In this document: piece by piece, positions 12,666 to 28,300 of the stretch | Numbering within the stretch: position 1 is the stretch's first letter | Layout: every line of letters starts with the position of its first letter | Assembly (NCBI RefSeq): GCF_009914755.1 | Contig: NC_060940.1 | Direction: 5' to 3' (one strand) | DNA: 64,000 bases | Origin: the human T2T-CHM13v2.0 reference genome, Homo sapiens | Translations under genes and position numbers: made by a program | Notes under the pieces: model-generated | Seen by the model: the letters and a program-made list of their open reading frames with translations, nothing else | Told to the model about the DNA's origin: nothing | Databases searched by the model: none

Positions 12666-15600
12666 CATTCGATGATATTCCATTCGAGTCCATTCGATGA
12701 TTCCATTCGTTGCTATTAGATGATGATTCCATTCATGACCATTTGGTGATTCCATTCGATTTCATTCGTTGATGATTCCATTCGAGTCCATTCCATGATT
12801 CCATTCAAGTCCATTTGATGATTTCTTTGAATTCAATTCGATGATGATTCCATTCGAGTCCATTCAATGATTCCATTCAGTTCCATTCGATGATGATTCC
12901 TTTCGAGACCATATGATGATTCCATTTGATTTCATTCGATGATGATTCCATTCGATTCCATTCGATGATTCCATTCTATTCCATTCGATGACGATTCCAT
13001 TCGAGTCCATTTAATGATTCCATTGGGTTCAATTCAATGATGATTACATTGGATTCTCTTCTATGATAGCATTCAATTCCGTTCATTGACAATTTGATTC
13101 CATTCGATGATGATTCCATTTGAGTTCATTCGATGATTCTATTCGATTCTCTTCGATGGTGATTCAATTCTATTATATTGGATGATTCCATTCGATTCCA
13201 TTTGATGTTGATTCAATTCGATTCTATTCGATGATGATTCCATTGGATTTCATTTGATGATTCTATTCGATTCCATTCAATGATGATTCACTTCTCGTCC
13301 ATTGGATGATTCCATTTCATTCCATTCGATGATGATTCCATTCGATTCCATTCGATGATTCCATTTGATTCCATTCGACGGTGAGCAATTCGATTCAATT
13401 CCATGATGATTCTATTTGATTCAGTTAGATGATGTTTCCATTCGAATCCATTCCATGATTATTCCATTGGAATCCATTCGGCGATGATTCCATATGAGTC
13501 AATTCAATGATGATTCCATATGGGTCAGTTCGATGATAATTCCATTTGATTTCATTCGATGCTTCTATTCAATTCCAGTCGATGATGATTCCGTTGGAGT
13601 CCATACGATGACTCCATTTGATTTCATTTGATGATGATTCCATTCGATTCCATTCGATGACTCCATTCTGTTCCATTCGATGATGATTCCATTCGAGTCC
13701 ATTCGATGATTCCATTCGAGTCCATTTCATGATTCCATTGGGTTCAATTCGATGATGATTACACTGGATTCCATTCTATGATTCCATTCAATTCCATTCG
13801 TTGATGATTCGATTCCATTCAATGATGATTCCATTTGAGTTCATTCGATGATTCTATTCGATTCCGTTCGATGGTGATTCAATTCTCTTATATTGGATGA
13901 TTCCATTCGATTCCATTTGATGATGATTCCATTCGATTCCATTCGATGATGATTCCATTTGATTCCATTTGATGTTGATTCTATTCGATTCTATTCAATG
14001 ATGATTCCATTCGATTTCATTTGATGATTCTATTCGATTCCTTTCGATGATTCTATTCCATTCCATTCGATGATGATTCAATTCTCTTCCATTGGATGAT
14101 TCCATTTTATTCCATTCGACGATGACTCCATTTGATTCCATTCAATGATGATTCCATTCGATTCCATTCGGTGATTCCATTTGATTCCATTCGACGGTGA
14201 GCAATTTGATTCAATTCCATAATGATTCTATTTGATTCAATTAGATGATGTTTCCATTCGAATCCATTCGGTGATGATTCCATTGGTATCCATTCGACGA
14301 TGATTCCATATGAGTCAATTCGATGATGATTCCATACGAGTCCGTTGGATGATAATTCCATTTGATTTCATTCAATCCTTCTATTCGATTCCATTTGATG
14401 ATGATTCCATCTGAATCCATTCTCCGATTCCATTCGACTTCATTCGATGCTTCTATTTGATTTCATTCGAAGATGATTCCTTTCAATTCCGTTCATTAAT
14501 TCCATTTGATTCCATTCGATGATGATTCCATCCGATTCCATTGGATGATGATTCCATTCGAGTCCATTCGATGATTCCGTTCTAATCCATTCTATGATTC
14601 CATTCGAGTCCATTCGATGATTCCATTCGATTCCATTCAGTGATGATTCCATTTGATTCCATCTGATGATGATTTCATTTGATTCCATTCGATGATGATT
14701 CCATTGGAGTCCATTGAATGATTCAATTCAATTCCATTCCATGTGGATTCCATTCGAATTCATTCGATTATTCCATTCAAATCCCTTCGTTGATTCCATC
14801 TGATTCCACTTGACGATGATTCCATTCAAGTCCAATCGATGATTCCATTCGGTTCCATTCAATGATTCCATTCGAGTCCATTTATGTATTATATTCGTGT
14901 CCACTTGATGACTCCATTCAATTCCATTTAATGATGATTCCATTTGATTCCATTTGATGATTCAGTTCGATTCCTTACAATGATTCCCTACGATTCCTTT
15001 CTATGATGATTCCATTCGATTCCATTCATTGATGATTCCATTCGACTCCATTCAATGATGATTCCTTTTGATTCCATTTGACGATGTTTCCATTTGAGTC
15101 CATTCGATGATGATTCCATTGGTATCCATTCGACGATGATTCCATATGAGTCAATTCGATGATGATTCCATACGAGTCCGTTGGATGATAATTCCATTTG
15201 ATTTCATTCAATCCTTCTATTCGATTCCATTTGATGATGATTCCACCTGAATCCATTCTCCGATTCCATTCGATTTCATTCGATGCTTCTATTTGATTTC
15301 ATTCGAAGATGATTCCTTTCAATTCCATTCATTAATTCCATTTGATTCCATTCGATGATGATTCCATCCGATTCCATTGGATGATGATTCCATTCGAGTC
15401 CATTCGATGATTCCGTTCTAATCCATTCTATGATTCCATTCGAGTCCATTCGATGATTCCATTCGATTCCATTCAGTGATGATTCCATTTGATTCCATCT
15501 GATGATGATTTCATTTGATTCCATTCGATGATGATTCCATTGGAGTCCATTGAATGATTCAATTCAATTCCATTCCATGTGGATTCCATTCGAATTCATT

Positions 15601-18600
15601 CGATTATTCCATTCAAATCCCTTCGTTGATTCCATCTGATTCCACTTGACGATGATTCCATTCAAGTCCAATCGATGATTCCATTCGGTTCCATTCAATG
15701 ATTCCATTCGAGTCCATTTATGTATTATATTCGTGTCCACTTGATGACTCACTCCATTCAATTCCATTTAATGATGATTCCATTTGATTCCATTTGATGA
15801 TTCAGTTCGATTCCTTACAATGATTCCCTACGATTCCTTTCTATGATGATTCCATTCGATTCCATTCATTGATGATTCCATTCGACTCCATTCGATGATG
15901 ATTCCTTTCGATTCCATTTGACGATGTTTCCATTTGAGTCCATTCGATGATGATTCAATTCAGTTCTGTTCTATTATGAATCCATTCGATTTCATTCAAT
16001 GCTTCTATTTGATTCCATTCGACGATGATTCCATCTCTTTCCCTTCGATGATTCCATTTGATTCCATTCAGTGATGATTCCATTTGATTCCATCTGATGA
16101 TGATTTCACTTGATTCATTTCAATGATGATTCCATTCAAGTCCATTCGATGATTCCATTGGAGTCCAAACGATCATTCCATTCGATTCCATTCAATGATG
16201 ATTCCATTCATGTCCATTCAATGAATCCTTTCAATTCCATTCGATGATGACTCCATTCGAGTACATTCGATGATTCCATTTGATTCCATCTGATGATGAT
16301 TACATTCAATTCCATTCGAAGATGATTCCATTCAATTCCACTTGATGATGATTCCGTATGAATCCATTCGCTGATTATTCCATTCGATTCCATTCATTGA
16401 CGATTCCATTCGATTCCATTCAATGATGATGCTCTTCTATTCCATTCGATGATTCCGGTCGATTCCATTCGATGATGATTCCATTAGATTCCATTCGATT
16501 GTTGCATTCGATTCCCTTCGATGATGATTCCTTTGAATTCCATTCTATTATGATTCCGTATGAATCCATTTGATGATTATTCCATTGGATTCCTTTCGAT
16601 GATGATTCCATTCGATTCCATTTGATGATGTTTCTCATGTATTCCATTTGATAATTCCTTTCAATTCCCTTCGATGATGATTCTTTCGAGTCAATTCGAT
16701 GATTCTATTCCATTCCCTTCGATGATGATTCCATTTCACTCCATTCGATGATTCCATTCGATTCAATTTGGTGATGATTCAATTCGATGACATTCAATGA
16801 CTCCATTCAATTTCATTTGATGATGATTACATTCGAGTCCATTTGATGATTGTATTCCTTTCCTTTTGATGATTATTCCATTCGTGTCTATTCAAAGATT
16901 CCATTCTATTCCATTCAATGATGATTCCAATTGATTCCATTCAATGATTATGGCTATCGATTCCACTCGTTGATTCCATTTGATTCCATTCGATGATTAT
17001 TCCGTTAGATTCCATTAGGAGATTCCATTCGATTTTATTCAATGATTCCAATTGATTCCATTCAATGATGATTCCATTCGACTCCATTCAGTGATTCCAT
17101 TTGAGTCCATTTGATGATTCCATTCGAGTCCATTTGATGATTCCATTCTTTTCCATTTGATGATGATTCCATTAGGGTCCATTCAATGATTCCATTCGAG
17201 TCCATTCGTTAATGCCTTTCGAGTCCTTTTGATCACTACATTCGAGTCCATTCAATGATTCTATTCGATTCCATTCCATGATGATTCCATTCGAGTTCAT
17301 TCGATGATTGCATTCGAGTCCATTTGATGATTCCATAAGATTCCATTCGACAATGATTCCATTCGTGTCCATTTGATGATTCCATTCATTTCCTATCGAT
17401 GAAGATTCCATTCGAGTGTATTCGATGATTCCATTCAAATCCATTCGATGATGATTCCATTCCAGTCCATTCGATCATTCCACTTGATTCCATTTGATGA
17501 CTATTCCATTCAAATCCATTTGATGATTCCATTCGATTCCATTCGATGTTACCATTCCAGTATATACGATGATTCCACTCGATTCCATTTGATGATTATT
17601 CCATTGGAGTCGACTTAGTGAATCCTTTAGATTCTACTCGAAGATGATTCCATTCGAGTCCATTCGATGATACCATTCAATTCCATTCGTTGATGCTTCC
17701 ATTCAAGTGCATTCGATGATATCATTCGATTCCATTTGATGATAATTCCATTTGATTCCATGTGATGATTCTATTCCATTCCATTCAATGATAATTCCAT
17801 TCAATTCAGTGATTCCTCTGGACTCCATTTGATGATGATTCCATTCAATGATTCCATTCGATTCTATTCGAAAATGATTCCATTTGAATCCATTTGATGA
17901 TGATTCCATTCGATTCCATTTGATGATTCCATTCGATTCCATTCGACGATGATTCCATTCGATTCCATTTGATGATTCCATTCTATTCTATTCGATGATG
18001 ATTCCATTCGATTCCATTCGATGATGATTGGATTCGATTCCATTTGATGATTTCATTTGATTCCATTCGATGATGATTTCGATCAATTCCATTCGATGAT
18101 TCCATTCGATTCCATTTGATAACGATTACATCCGAGTCCATTCGATGATTCCATTTGAGCCCGTTCGATAATTCCATTTGAGTCCAATCAATGATTCCAT
18201 TCATTTCCATTCAATGATTCCATTCGAGTCCATTTGATCATTCCGGTAGGGTCCGTTCGATGTTGATTCCATTGGAGTGCATTCGATGATTCCATTCGAG
18301 TCCATTTTAGGATTTGATTCGAGTCCTTTCGATGATTCCATTCGAATCCACTCGATGCGATGATGATTTCATTCGAGTCCATTCGACACTTCCAATCGAT
18401 TCCATTTGATGTTTCCATTCGAGTCCAATTGATGATTCCATTCAATTCCATTCGATGATGATTCCGTACGATTCCATTCTGTGATGATTCCATGTGATTG
18501 CATTCAATGATGATTCCTTTCGATTGCATTCGATTATGATTCATTTCGTGTTCATTCTATGGTTCCACAGGTTTCACATCGTGTCCATTCCATTATTCCA

Positions 18601-21600
18601 TTCTATTCCATTTGATGATGATTCCATTCGATTCCATTCATTGGTGATTCCACTCAATTCCATTCAATGATTCCATTCCATTTCTTTCAACAATGATTCC
18701 ATTAGTTTCTAATCGATGATCCACTTGATTCCATTTGACGATGATTCCATTCTTGTCCATTCGATGATTCCATTTGATTCCATATGATGATGATTCCATT
18801 CGATTCCATACGATGATGATTCCATTCGAGTCCATTCAATGGTGATTCCATTCAATTCCATTCGATGATTCCTTTCGATTCCATTTGATGATGATGGCAT
18901 TCGATTCCTTTCAATCATTCCCTTTGATTCCACTCAAAGGTGATTTCATTCAAGTCCATTCGATAATTGCATTCGATTCCATTCTATGATGATTCCATTC
19001 GAGTCCATTTGATGATTCCATTCAATTCAAGTCAATGATGATTCCATTCGATTCCATTCGATGATTCCATTGGATTCCATTCGATGATGATTCCATTCAA
19101 ATCCATTCGATAATTCAATTCACGTCCATTCGATGATGATTCCAATCGAATCCATTCAAAGATTCCATTCAATTCCATTCGATGATTCCCTTAGATTCCA
19201 TTCGATGATTCCACTTGATTCCATTTACGATGATTCCATTCGATTCCATGTGATGATTCCATTCAATTCTATTCAATGATGTTTCCATTTGATTCCATTC
19301 GACCATGATTGCCTTTGATTCCATTCAATGATTCCATTCGGTTCCGTTTGATGATGATTCCGTTCGATTCCATTTGATGATTCCATTTGATTCCATTGGA
19401 TGAGTCCATTCGATTACATTCGATGATTATTCCATTCGAGTGCATTAGATGATTCCATTCGAGTCCATTCGATGATTCCATTCGAGTCCATTCGATGATT
19501 CCATTCGATTCCATTCGATGTTGATTCTGTTCAAATCCATTCGATGATTCCACTCGATTCCATTCGATGACTCCATTTGATCCCATTCGATGATTTCCTT
19601 TGATTCCCTTTGATGATCATTCCATTTGATTCAATTCGGTGATTTCATTGGATTCCATTCAGTGATGTTTCCATTCGACTCCATTCGATGATGATTCCAT
19701 TCGACTACATTCGATTATGATTTCATTCAATTCCATTCGATAAAGATTCCCTTCGAGTCCAATCGATGATTCCATTCGATTCCATTCAACGATGATTTGA
19801 TTCGTGTCCATTCGATGATTCCATTTGATTCCACTTGATGAGGATTCCATTCGAGTCCATTTGATGATTCCATTCAATTCCATTCTCCGATGATTTCTTT
19901 TGAGCCCATTCAATGCTTCCACTCGATTCCATATGATGATGACTCCATTCGATGAAACTCGATGATGATTCCATTCGCTTGCATTCGATGATGATTCCAC
20001 TTCAGTCCGTTAGAAGATTCTATTCAATTACATTCCATGACGATTCCGTTCGAGTCCATTTGATGATTCCATTAGACTCCATTCGACGATGATTCCATTC
20101 GATGTTATTCGATGATTCCATTCGATCTCATTCGTTGATGATTCCATTCAACTCCATTCGATGTTTCCATTCGAGTTCATTCTATTATTCCATTAGATTC
20201 CATTCGATGATGATTCCATTCGATTCCATTTGATGATTGCATTCTATTTCATTTGATGAGGATTCCATTCGAGTCCACTCGATGATTCCATTCGAGTCCA
20301 TTTAATGAATCCATTGGTTTCAATTCTATGATGATTACATTGGATTCCATTCGTTGATGATTTCATTCGGTTCCATTCAATGATGATTCCATTCAATTCC
20401 TTTCAATGTTTCCATTCAATTCCATACGATGATGATTCCATTTGATTTGATTCGACAGTGAGCCATTCGATTCAATTCCATGATGATTCTATTTGATTCA
20501 CTTGGTTGACATTTCCATTCGATTCCATTCGATGATGATTCCATTTGATTCCATTCAAAGATGATTCCATTCTAGCCCATTCAATCATTCCATTCGATTC
20601 TATTCAATGATGATTCCATTCATGTCGATTTGGTGATTCCATTTGACTTCATTTGATGATGATTCCTTTCAAGTTCATTAGATGATTCAATTCGATTCCA
20701 TTTGATGATGATCCCATTCGAGTCCATTCAGTGATTCCACTCGTTTCCATTCCATGATGATTCCATTCCATTCCATTCAATGATTCCATTCGATTCCGTT
20801 TGATGATGATTTCATTCGAGTCCATTTGATGATTCCATTTGATTCCATTCGATGATGATTCCATTCGAGTCCATTCGATGATTCTATTCGAATCCATTTG
20901 ATGATTTCTTTTGATTATATTTGGTGATGATTCCATTGGAGTCCATTCAATGATTCCATTCGATTCCAATCGATGGTGGTTCCATTAGAGTCCATTTAAT
21001 GATTCCATTTGATTCCAGTCTCTGATGTTTACATTCGAGTCCATACGATGATTCCACTCAATTCCATATGATGATGATTCCATTCGATTCCATTCGATGA
21101 TTCCATTCTATTCTATTCAATGGTGATTCCATTCGAGTACATTAGATGATTCCATTCGATTCCATTCAATGATGATTCTATTTGTGTCCCTTAGATGATT
21201 CCACATGATTCCATTAGATGATGATACTATTTGAGCCCATCCAATGATTCCCTTCGATTCCATTCGATGAGGATTCCATTCGATTCAATTCATTGGTGAT
21301 TCTATTCAATTCAATTCTTTGATTCAATTCCATTCCATTCGACAATGATTCCATTCGATTTCTTTCGATGATTCCACTCAATTTCACTTGACATTGATTC
21401 CATTCGATTCCATTCAATGATTCCATTTGATTCCAGTGGATGATGATTGCCGTCGATTCCATTCGATCACTCCATTCTGTTCCATTTGATGATGATTACA
21501 TTCGATTCCATTTGATGATTCCATCTGATTCTATTCGAGGATTCCATTTGATTCCATTCGATGATGATTCCATTCGAGTCCATTCGATGATTTCATTCGA

Positions 21601-24600
21601 GTACATCCAATGATTCTATTCGAGTCCATTTGATGATTCCATTTCATTCCATTTGATTATGATTCTACTAGAGTCCATTCAATGACTCCATTCGAGTCCA
21701 TTCAACAGTTCCATCCGAGTCCATTCGATGATTCCATTCGATTCCATTGGATTATTCCATTCGAGTCCATTTAATCATTACAGTCGAGTCCATTTGGTGA
21801 TTCCACTGGATTTCTTTTGATAATGATACCATTCATTTACATTTGATGATGATCCCATTCAATTTCATTTGATGATGATTCCATTAGAGTCCATTCCATG
21901 ATTTCATTCGAGTCCCTTCATTGATTCCATCCGATTTCATTTCATGATGACTCCATTCGAGTCCATTCGATGATTCCACTCGATTCCATTAGATGATTCC
22001 ATTGGAGTCCATTTGATTGTTCCATTCGATTCCATTCGATTCCTTTCGAAGATTATTCCATTTGAGTCCATTCGATGATGATTCCATTCCATTCCATTCG
22101 ATGATTCCGTTTGATTCCATTCGATGATTCCCTGCGATTCCTTTCTATGATGATTCCATTCCATTCCATTCAATGATTCCATTCGAATCTATTCCATGAT
22201 GATTCCTTTCGATTCCATTCGCTGATGTTTCCGTTCAATTCCATTCGATGATGATTCCATTCGATTCCATTCATTGAGGATTCCATTGGATTCCATTCAA
22301 TGATGATTCCATTCTATTCCATTCAATGATTGCATTCAATTCCATTCAATGATTATGCCATTAGAGTAAATTCAACGATTCCATTCAATACCATTCGATG
22401 ATGATTCCTTTTGAGTCCATTCAATGATTTCATTCAAGTCCATTTGATGATTCCTTTCAATTCCATTCCATGATGATTCCATTCGAGTCCATTCGATGAT
22501 TCCATTCGATTGCATTCGATGATTCCATTATATTCCATTCAACGATGATTCCATTCGAGTCCATTCGATGATTCCATTAGAGTACATTTAATGATTGCTT
22601 TGTTTTCAATTCGAAGATGATTACATTGGATTCCATTCTATGATTCCATTCGATTGCATTCATTGATGATTCCACCCAATTCCATTCGATGATGATTCCA
22701 TTCGATTTCAATGATTCTACTCGATTCCATTCAATGATGATTCAATTCTATTCCGTTTGATGATTCCATTAGATTCCATTCTATGATGATTCCATTCGAG
22801 TCCATTCGAAGATTTCATTCGATTACATTCCATGATGATTCCATTCGAGTCCATTCGATGATTCCATTTGAATCCATTCGACGATGATTCCATTTGATGC
22901 TATTCGATGATTCCATTGGATTCCATTCGATGATGATTCCATTCGACTTGATTTGATGTTTCTATTTGAGTCCATTCGGTTATTTTATTAGACTACATTC
23001 GATGATGATTCCATTCGATGCCATTCAATGATTCCATTTGATTCCACTCAATGATGATTGCATTCGTGTCCATTCGATGATTCCATTTGGTTCCATTTGA
23101 TGATGATTCCATTCGAGTCCATTCGATGATACCATTCAATTTCATTCGATGATCATTCCATTCGAATCCATTTGATGATTCCACTCAATTCCATTTGATG
23201 ACTCCTTTCATTCCCATTCGATGATTCCCTTCAGTTCCAATTGGATGATCTTTCCATTTGATTCAATATGGTGACTCCATTCTATTATATTCAATGATGA
23301 TTCCATTCGACTCCATTAGATGATGACTCCATTCCATTCCATTCGATTGTGATTTCATTCGATTCCATTCGAAGATGATTCCATTCGAGTCCATTTGATG
23401 ATTCCATTCGATTCCATTCAATGATGATTCCACTCAAATCCATTGGATGATTCCATTCGTTTCCAATTGGTGATTTCATTAGATTCCATTCGAGGATGAT
23501 TCTATTCGAGTCCATTCAATGATTCCATTGGATTCCGTTTGATAATGATTCCATTAGAGTTCATTCGATGATTCCCTTCGAGTCCATTCGATTATTTCTT
23601 TTGATTCCATTTGATGATGATTCCATTCGATTCCATTCAATGATTCCATTCCATTCCATTCGATGATGATTCCATTCGATAATGATTACATTCGAGCCCA
23701 TGTGATGATTCCATTAGATTCTATTCAATGATGATTCCATTCGACCACATTCGATGATGGCATTCGAGTCCATTCGATGATTTCACTCGATTCCACTTGA
23801 TGATGATTCCTTTTGAGTCCATTTGATGATTACATTCGAGTCCATGAGATGACTCCATTCGATTCCATTTCATGATGATGCAATTCGAGGCTATTCGATC
23901 ATCCCATTTTAGTGCATTCGGTGATTCTCTTTTATTACATTCGATGAGGGCTCCATTCGAGTCCATTCAATGATTCCATTAGATTCCACTCGATGATGAT
24001 TCCATTTGAGTCCATTCAAAGATTCCTTTCGAGTCCATTCGATAATTCTATTGGATTCCACTAGGTGATGATTCCTTTCGAGTCAATTTGATGATTCCTT
24101 TCAAGTGCCTTCAATGATTCCATTCGATTCCATTCGATGACGATTCATTTCAAGTCCATTCAATGGTTCCATTCTGTTGAATTTGATGGTTCCATTTGAT
24201 TCCATTCGATGATGATTCCATTCGTGTCCATTGGATGATTCCATTCGATTCCTTTCGAGGAAGATTCCATTCGACTCCATTCGATGATTCCGTTCGATTC
24301 CATTCCATGATGATTCCATTTGATTCCATTCCATGATTCCATTCGATACCATTCGATGATGATTCCATTCGACTCCATTTGATGAATCCATTCAATGCTT
24401 CCATTCGAGTCCATTCGATGATTCCATTCGATTCCATTCCATGAAGATTCCATTCGAGTACATTTGATGATTCCATTTAATTCCATAGGATGATGATTCT
24501 ATTAGGGTCCGTTGACTATTCCATTCAATTCCATTCGAAGAATCCATTCGAGTCCACTCGATGATTCTATTTGATTCCATTTGATAATTCCATTCGATTC

Positions 24601-25330
24601 CATTTGATGTTGATTCCATTCGAGTCCATTCGATCATTATTACATTTGATTCTATTCGATGATTCCATTCGATTCCATTTGATGAGGATTCCATTCGAGA
24701 CCATTTGATGATTCCATTCAATTCCATTGGATGATTCCAATATTTTCCATTAGATGATGATTCCATTCGATTCCATTCAATGATGATTCCATCAGAATCC
24801 ATTCGATGATGACTCCTTTTGCTTCCATTCAATGATCATTACATTCGGTTCCATTCGATGATGATTCCTTTGGATTCCATTCGATGATGCTTCCATTCGA
24901 TTCCATTTGATGATGATTCTTTTCGATTCCATTTGATGATGATTCCATTTGATTCCATTCGATGGTGATTCCATTTGATGATTCCATTCGATTGTATTCG
25001 ATGATGATTCCACTCGATTCTATTTGATGATGACTGCATTCGATTCCATTTGATGATTCCATTTGATTCCATTCGATGATGATTCTGATCAATTGCATTC
25101 GATGATCCATTCGATTCCATTTGATGGTTCCATTTGATTCCATTTGATAATGATTCCTTTCGAGTCCATTCGATGATTCCATTTGCGGATATTCGATAAT
25201 TCCATTTGAGTCCAACCGATGATTCCATTCGAGGCCATTCAATCATTCTTTTTGAGTCCTTTCGATAAAGATTCCATTTTAGTCCATTCAATAATTCCAC
25301 TGGAGTCCATTCGATGATTGCTTTTAATTC
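12666..25330 (+). repeat. Family A macro-repeat copy 2 (12,665 bp)
   Basis: Constant +12665 offset to copy 1 across all ORF markers, with only scattered substitutions. Confidence 0.96.
14272..15950 (+). repeat. Internal 836-bp tandem duplication (A copy 2)
   Basis: ORFs 14440/15276 and 14728/15564 are 836 bp apart. Confidence 0.92.
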
Positions 25331-28300
25331 CATTCGATGATATTCCATTCGAGTCCATTCGATGATTCCATTCGTTGCTATTAGATGATGATTCCATTCA
25401 TGACCATTTGGTGATTCCATTCGATTTCATTCGTTGATGATTCCATTCGAGTCCATTCCATGATTCCATTCAAGTCCATTTGATGATTTCTTTGAATTCA
25501 ATTCGATGATGATTCCATTCGAGTCCATTCGATGATTCCATTCAGTTCCATTCGATGATGATTCCTTTCGAGACCATATGATGATTCCATTTGATTTCAT
25601 TCGATGATGATTCCATTCGATTCCATTCGATGATTCCATTCTATTCCATTCGATGACGATTCCATTCGAGTCCATTTAATGATTCCATTGGGTTCAATTC
25701 AATGATGATTACATTGGATTCTCTTCTATGATAGCATTCAATTCCGTTCATTGACAATTTGATTCCATTCGATGATGATTCCATTTGAGTTCATTCGATG
25801 ATTCTATTCGATTCTCTTCGATGGTGATTCAATTCTATTATATTGGATGATTCCATTCGATTCCATTTGATGTTGATTCAATTCGATTCTATTCGATGAT
25901 GATTCCATTGGATTTCATTTGATGATTCTATTCGATTCCATTCAATGATGATTCACTTCTCGTCCATTGGATGATTCCATTTCATTCCATTCGATGATGA
26001 TTCCATTCGATTCCATTCGATGATTCCATTTGATTCCATTCGACGGTGAGCAATTCGATTCAATTCCATGATGATTCTATTTGATTCAGTTAGATGATGT
26101 TTCCATTCGAATCCATTCCATGATTATTCCATTGGAATCCATTCGGCGATGATTCCATATGAGTCAATTCAATGATGATTCCATATGGGTCAGTTCGATG
26201 ATAATTCCATTTGATTTCATTCGATGCTTCTATTCAATTCCAGTCGATGATGATTCCGTTGGAGTCCATACGATGACTCCATTTGATTTCATTTGATGAT
26301 GATTCCATTCGATTCCATTCGATGACTCCATTCTGTTCCATTCGATGATGATTCCATTCGAGTCCATTCGATGATTCCATTCGAGTCCATTTCATGATTC
26401 CATTGGGTTCAATTCGATGATGATTACACTGGATTCCATTCTATGATTCCATTCAATTCCATTCGTTGATGATTCGATTCCATTCAATGATGATTCCATT
26501 TGAGTTCATTCGATGATTCTATTCGATTCCGTTCGATGGTGATTCAATTCTATTATATTGGATGATTCCATTCGATTCCATTTGATGATGATTCCATTCG
26601 ATTCCATTCGATGATGATTCCATTTGATTCCATTTGATGTTGATTCTATTCGATTCTATTCAATGATGATTCCATTCGATTTCATTTGATGATTCTATTC
26701 GATTCCTTTCGATGATTCTATTCCATTCCATTCGATGATGATTCAATTCTCTTCCATTGGATGATTCCATTTTATTCCATTCGACGATGACTCCATTTGA
26801 TTCCATTCAATGATGATTCCATTCGATTCCATTCGGTGATTCCATTTGATTCCATTCGACGGTGAGCAATTTGATTCAATTCCATAATGATTCTATTTGA
26901 TTCAATTAGATGATGTTTCCATTCGAATCCATTCGGTGATGATTCCATTGGTATCCATTCGACGATGATTCCATATGAGTCAATTCGATGATGATTCCAT
27001 ACGAGTCCGTTGGATGATAATTCCATTTGATTTCATTCAATCCTTCTATTCGATTCCATTTGATGATGATTCCATCTGAATCCATTCTCCGATTCCATTC
27101 GATTTCATTCGATGCTTCTATTTGATTTCATTCGAAGATGATTCCTTTCAATTCCGTTCATTAATTCCATTTGATTCCATTCGATGATGATTCCATCCGA
27201 TTCCATTGGATGATGATTCCATTCGAGTCCATTCGATGATTCCGTTCTAATCCATTCTATGATTCCATTCGAGTCCATTCGATGATTCCATTCGATTCCA
27301 TTCAGTGATGATTCCATTTGATTCCATCTGATGATGATTTCATTTGATTCCATTCGATGATGATTCCATTGGAGTCCATTGAATGATTCAATTCAATTCC
27401 ATTCCATGTGGATTCCATTCGAATTCATTCGATTATTCCATTCAAATCCCTTCGTTGATTCCATCTGATTCCACTTGACGATGATTCCATTCAAGTCCAA
27501 TCGATGATTCCATTCGGTTCCATTCAATGATTCCATTCGAGTCCATTTATGTATTATATTCGTGTCCACTTGATGACTCCATTCAATTCCATTTAATGAT
27601 GATTCCATTTGATTCCATTTGATGATTCAGTTCGATTCCTTACAATGATTCCCTACGATTCCTTTCTATGATGATTCCATTCGATTCCATTCATTGATGA
27701 TTCCATTCGACTCCATTCAATGATGATTCCTTTCGATTCCATTTGACGATGTTTCCATTTGAGTCCATTCGATGATGATTCCATTGGTATCCATTCGACG
27801 ATGATTCCATATGAGTCAATTCGATGATGATTCCATACGAGTCCGTTGGATGATAATTCCATTTGATTTCATTCAATCCTTCTATTCGATTCCATTTGAT
27901 GATGATTCCATCTGAATCCATTCTCCGATTCCATTCGATTTCATTCGATGCTTCTATTTGATTTCATTCGAAGATGATTCCTTTCAATTCCATTCATTAA
28001 TTCCATTTGATTCCATTCGATGATGATTCCATCCGATTCCATTGGATGATGATTCCATTCGAGTCCATTCGATGATTCCGTTCTAATCCATTCTATGATT
28101 CCATTCGAGTCCATTCGATGATTCCATTCGATTCCATTCAGTGATGATTCCATTTGATTCCATCTGATGATGATTTCATTTGATTCCATTCGATGATGAT
28201 TCCATTGGAGTCCATTGAATGATTCAATTCAATTCCATTCCATGTGGATTCCATTCGAATTCATTCGATTATTCCATTCAAATCCCTTCGTTGATTCCAT

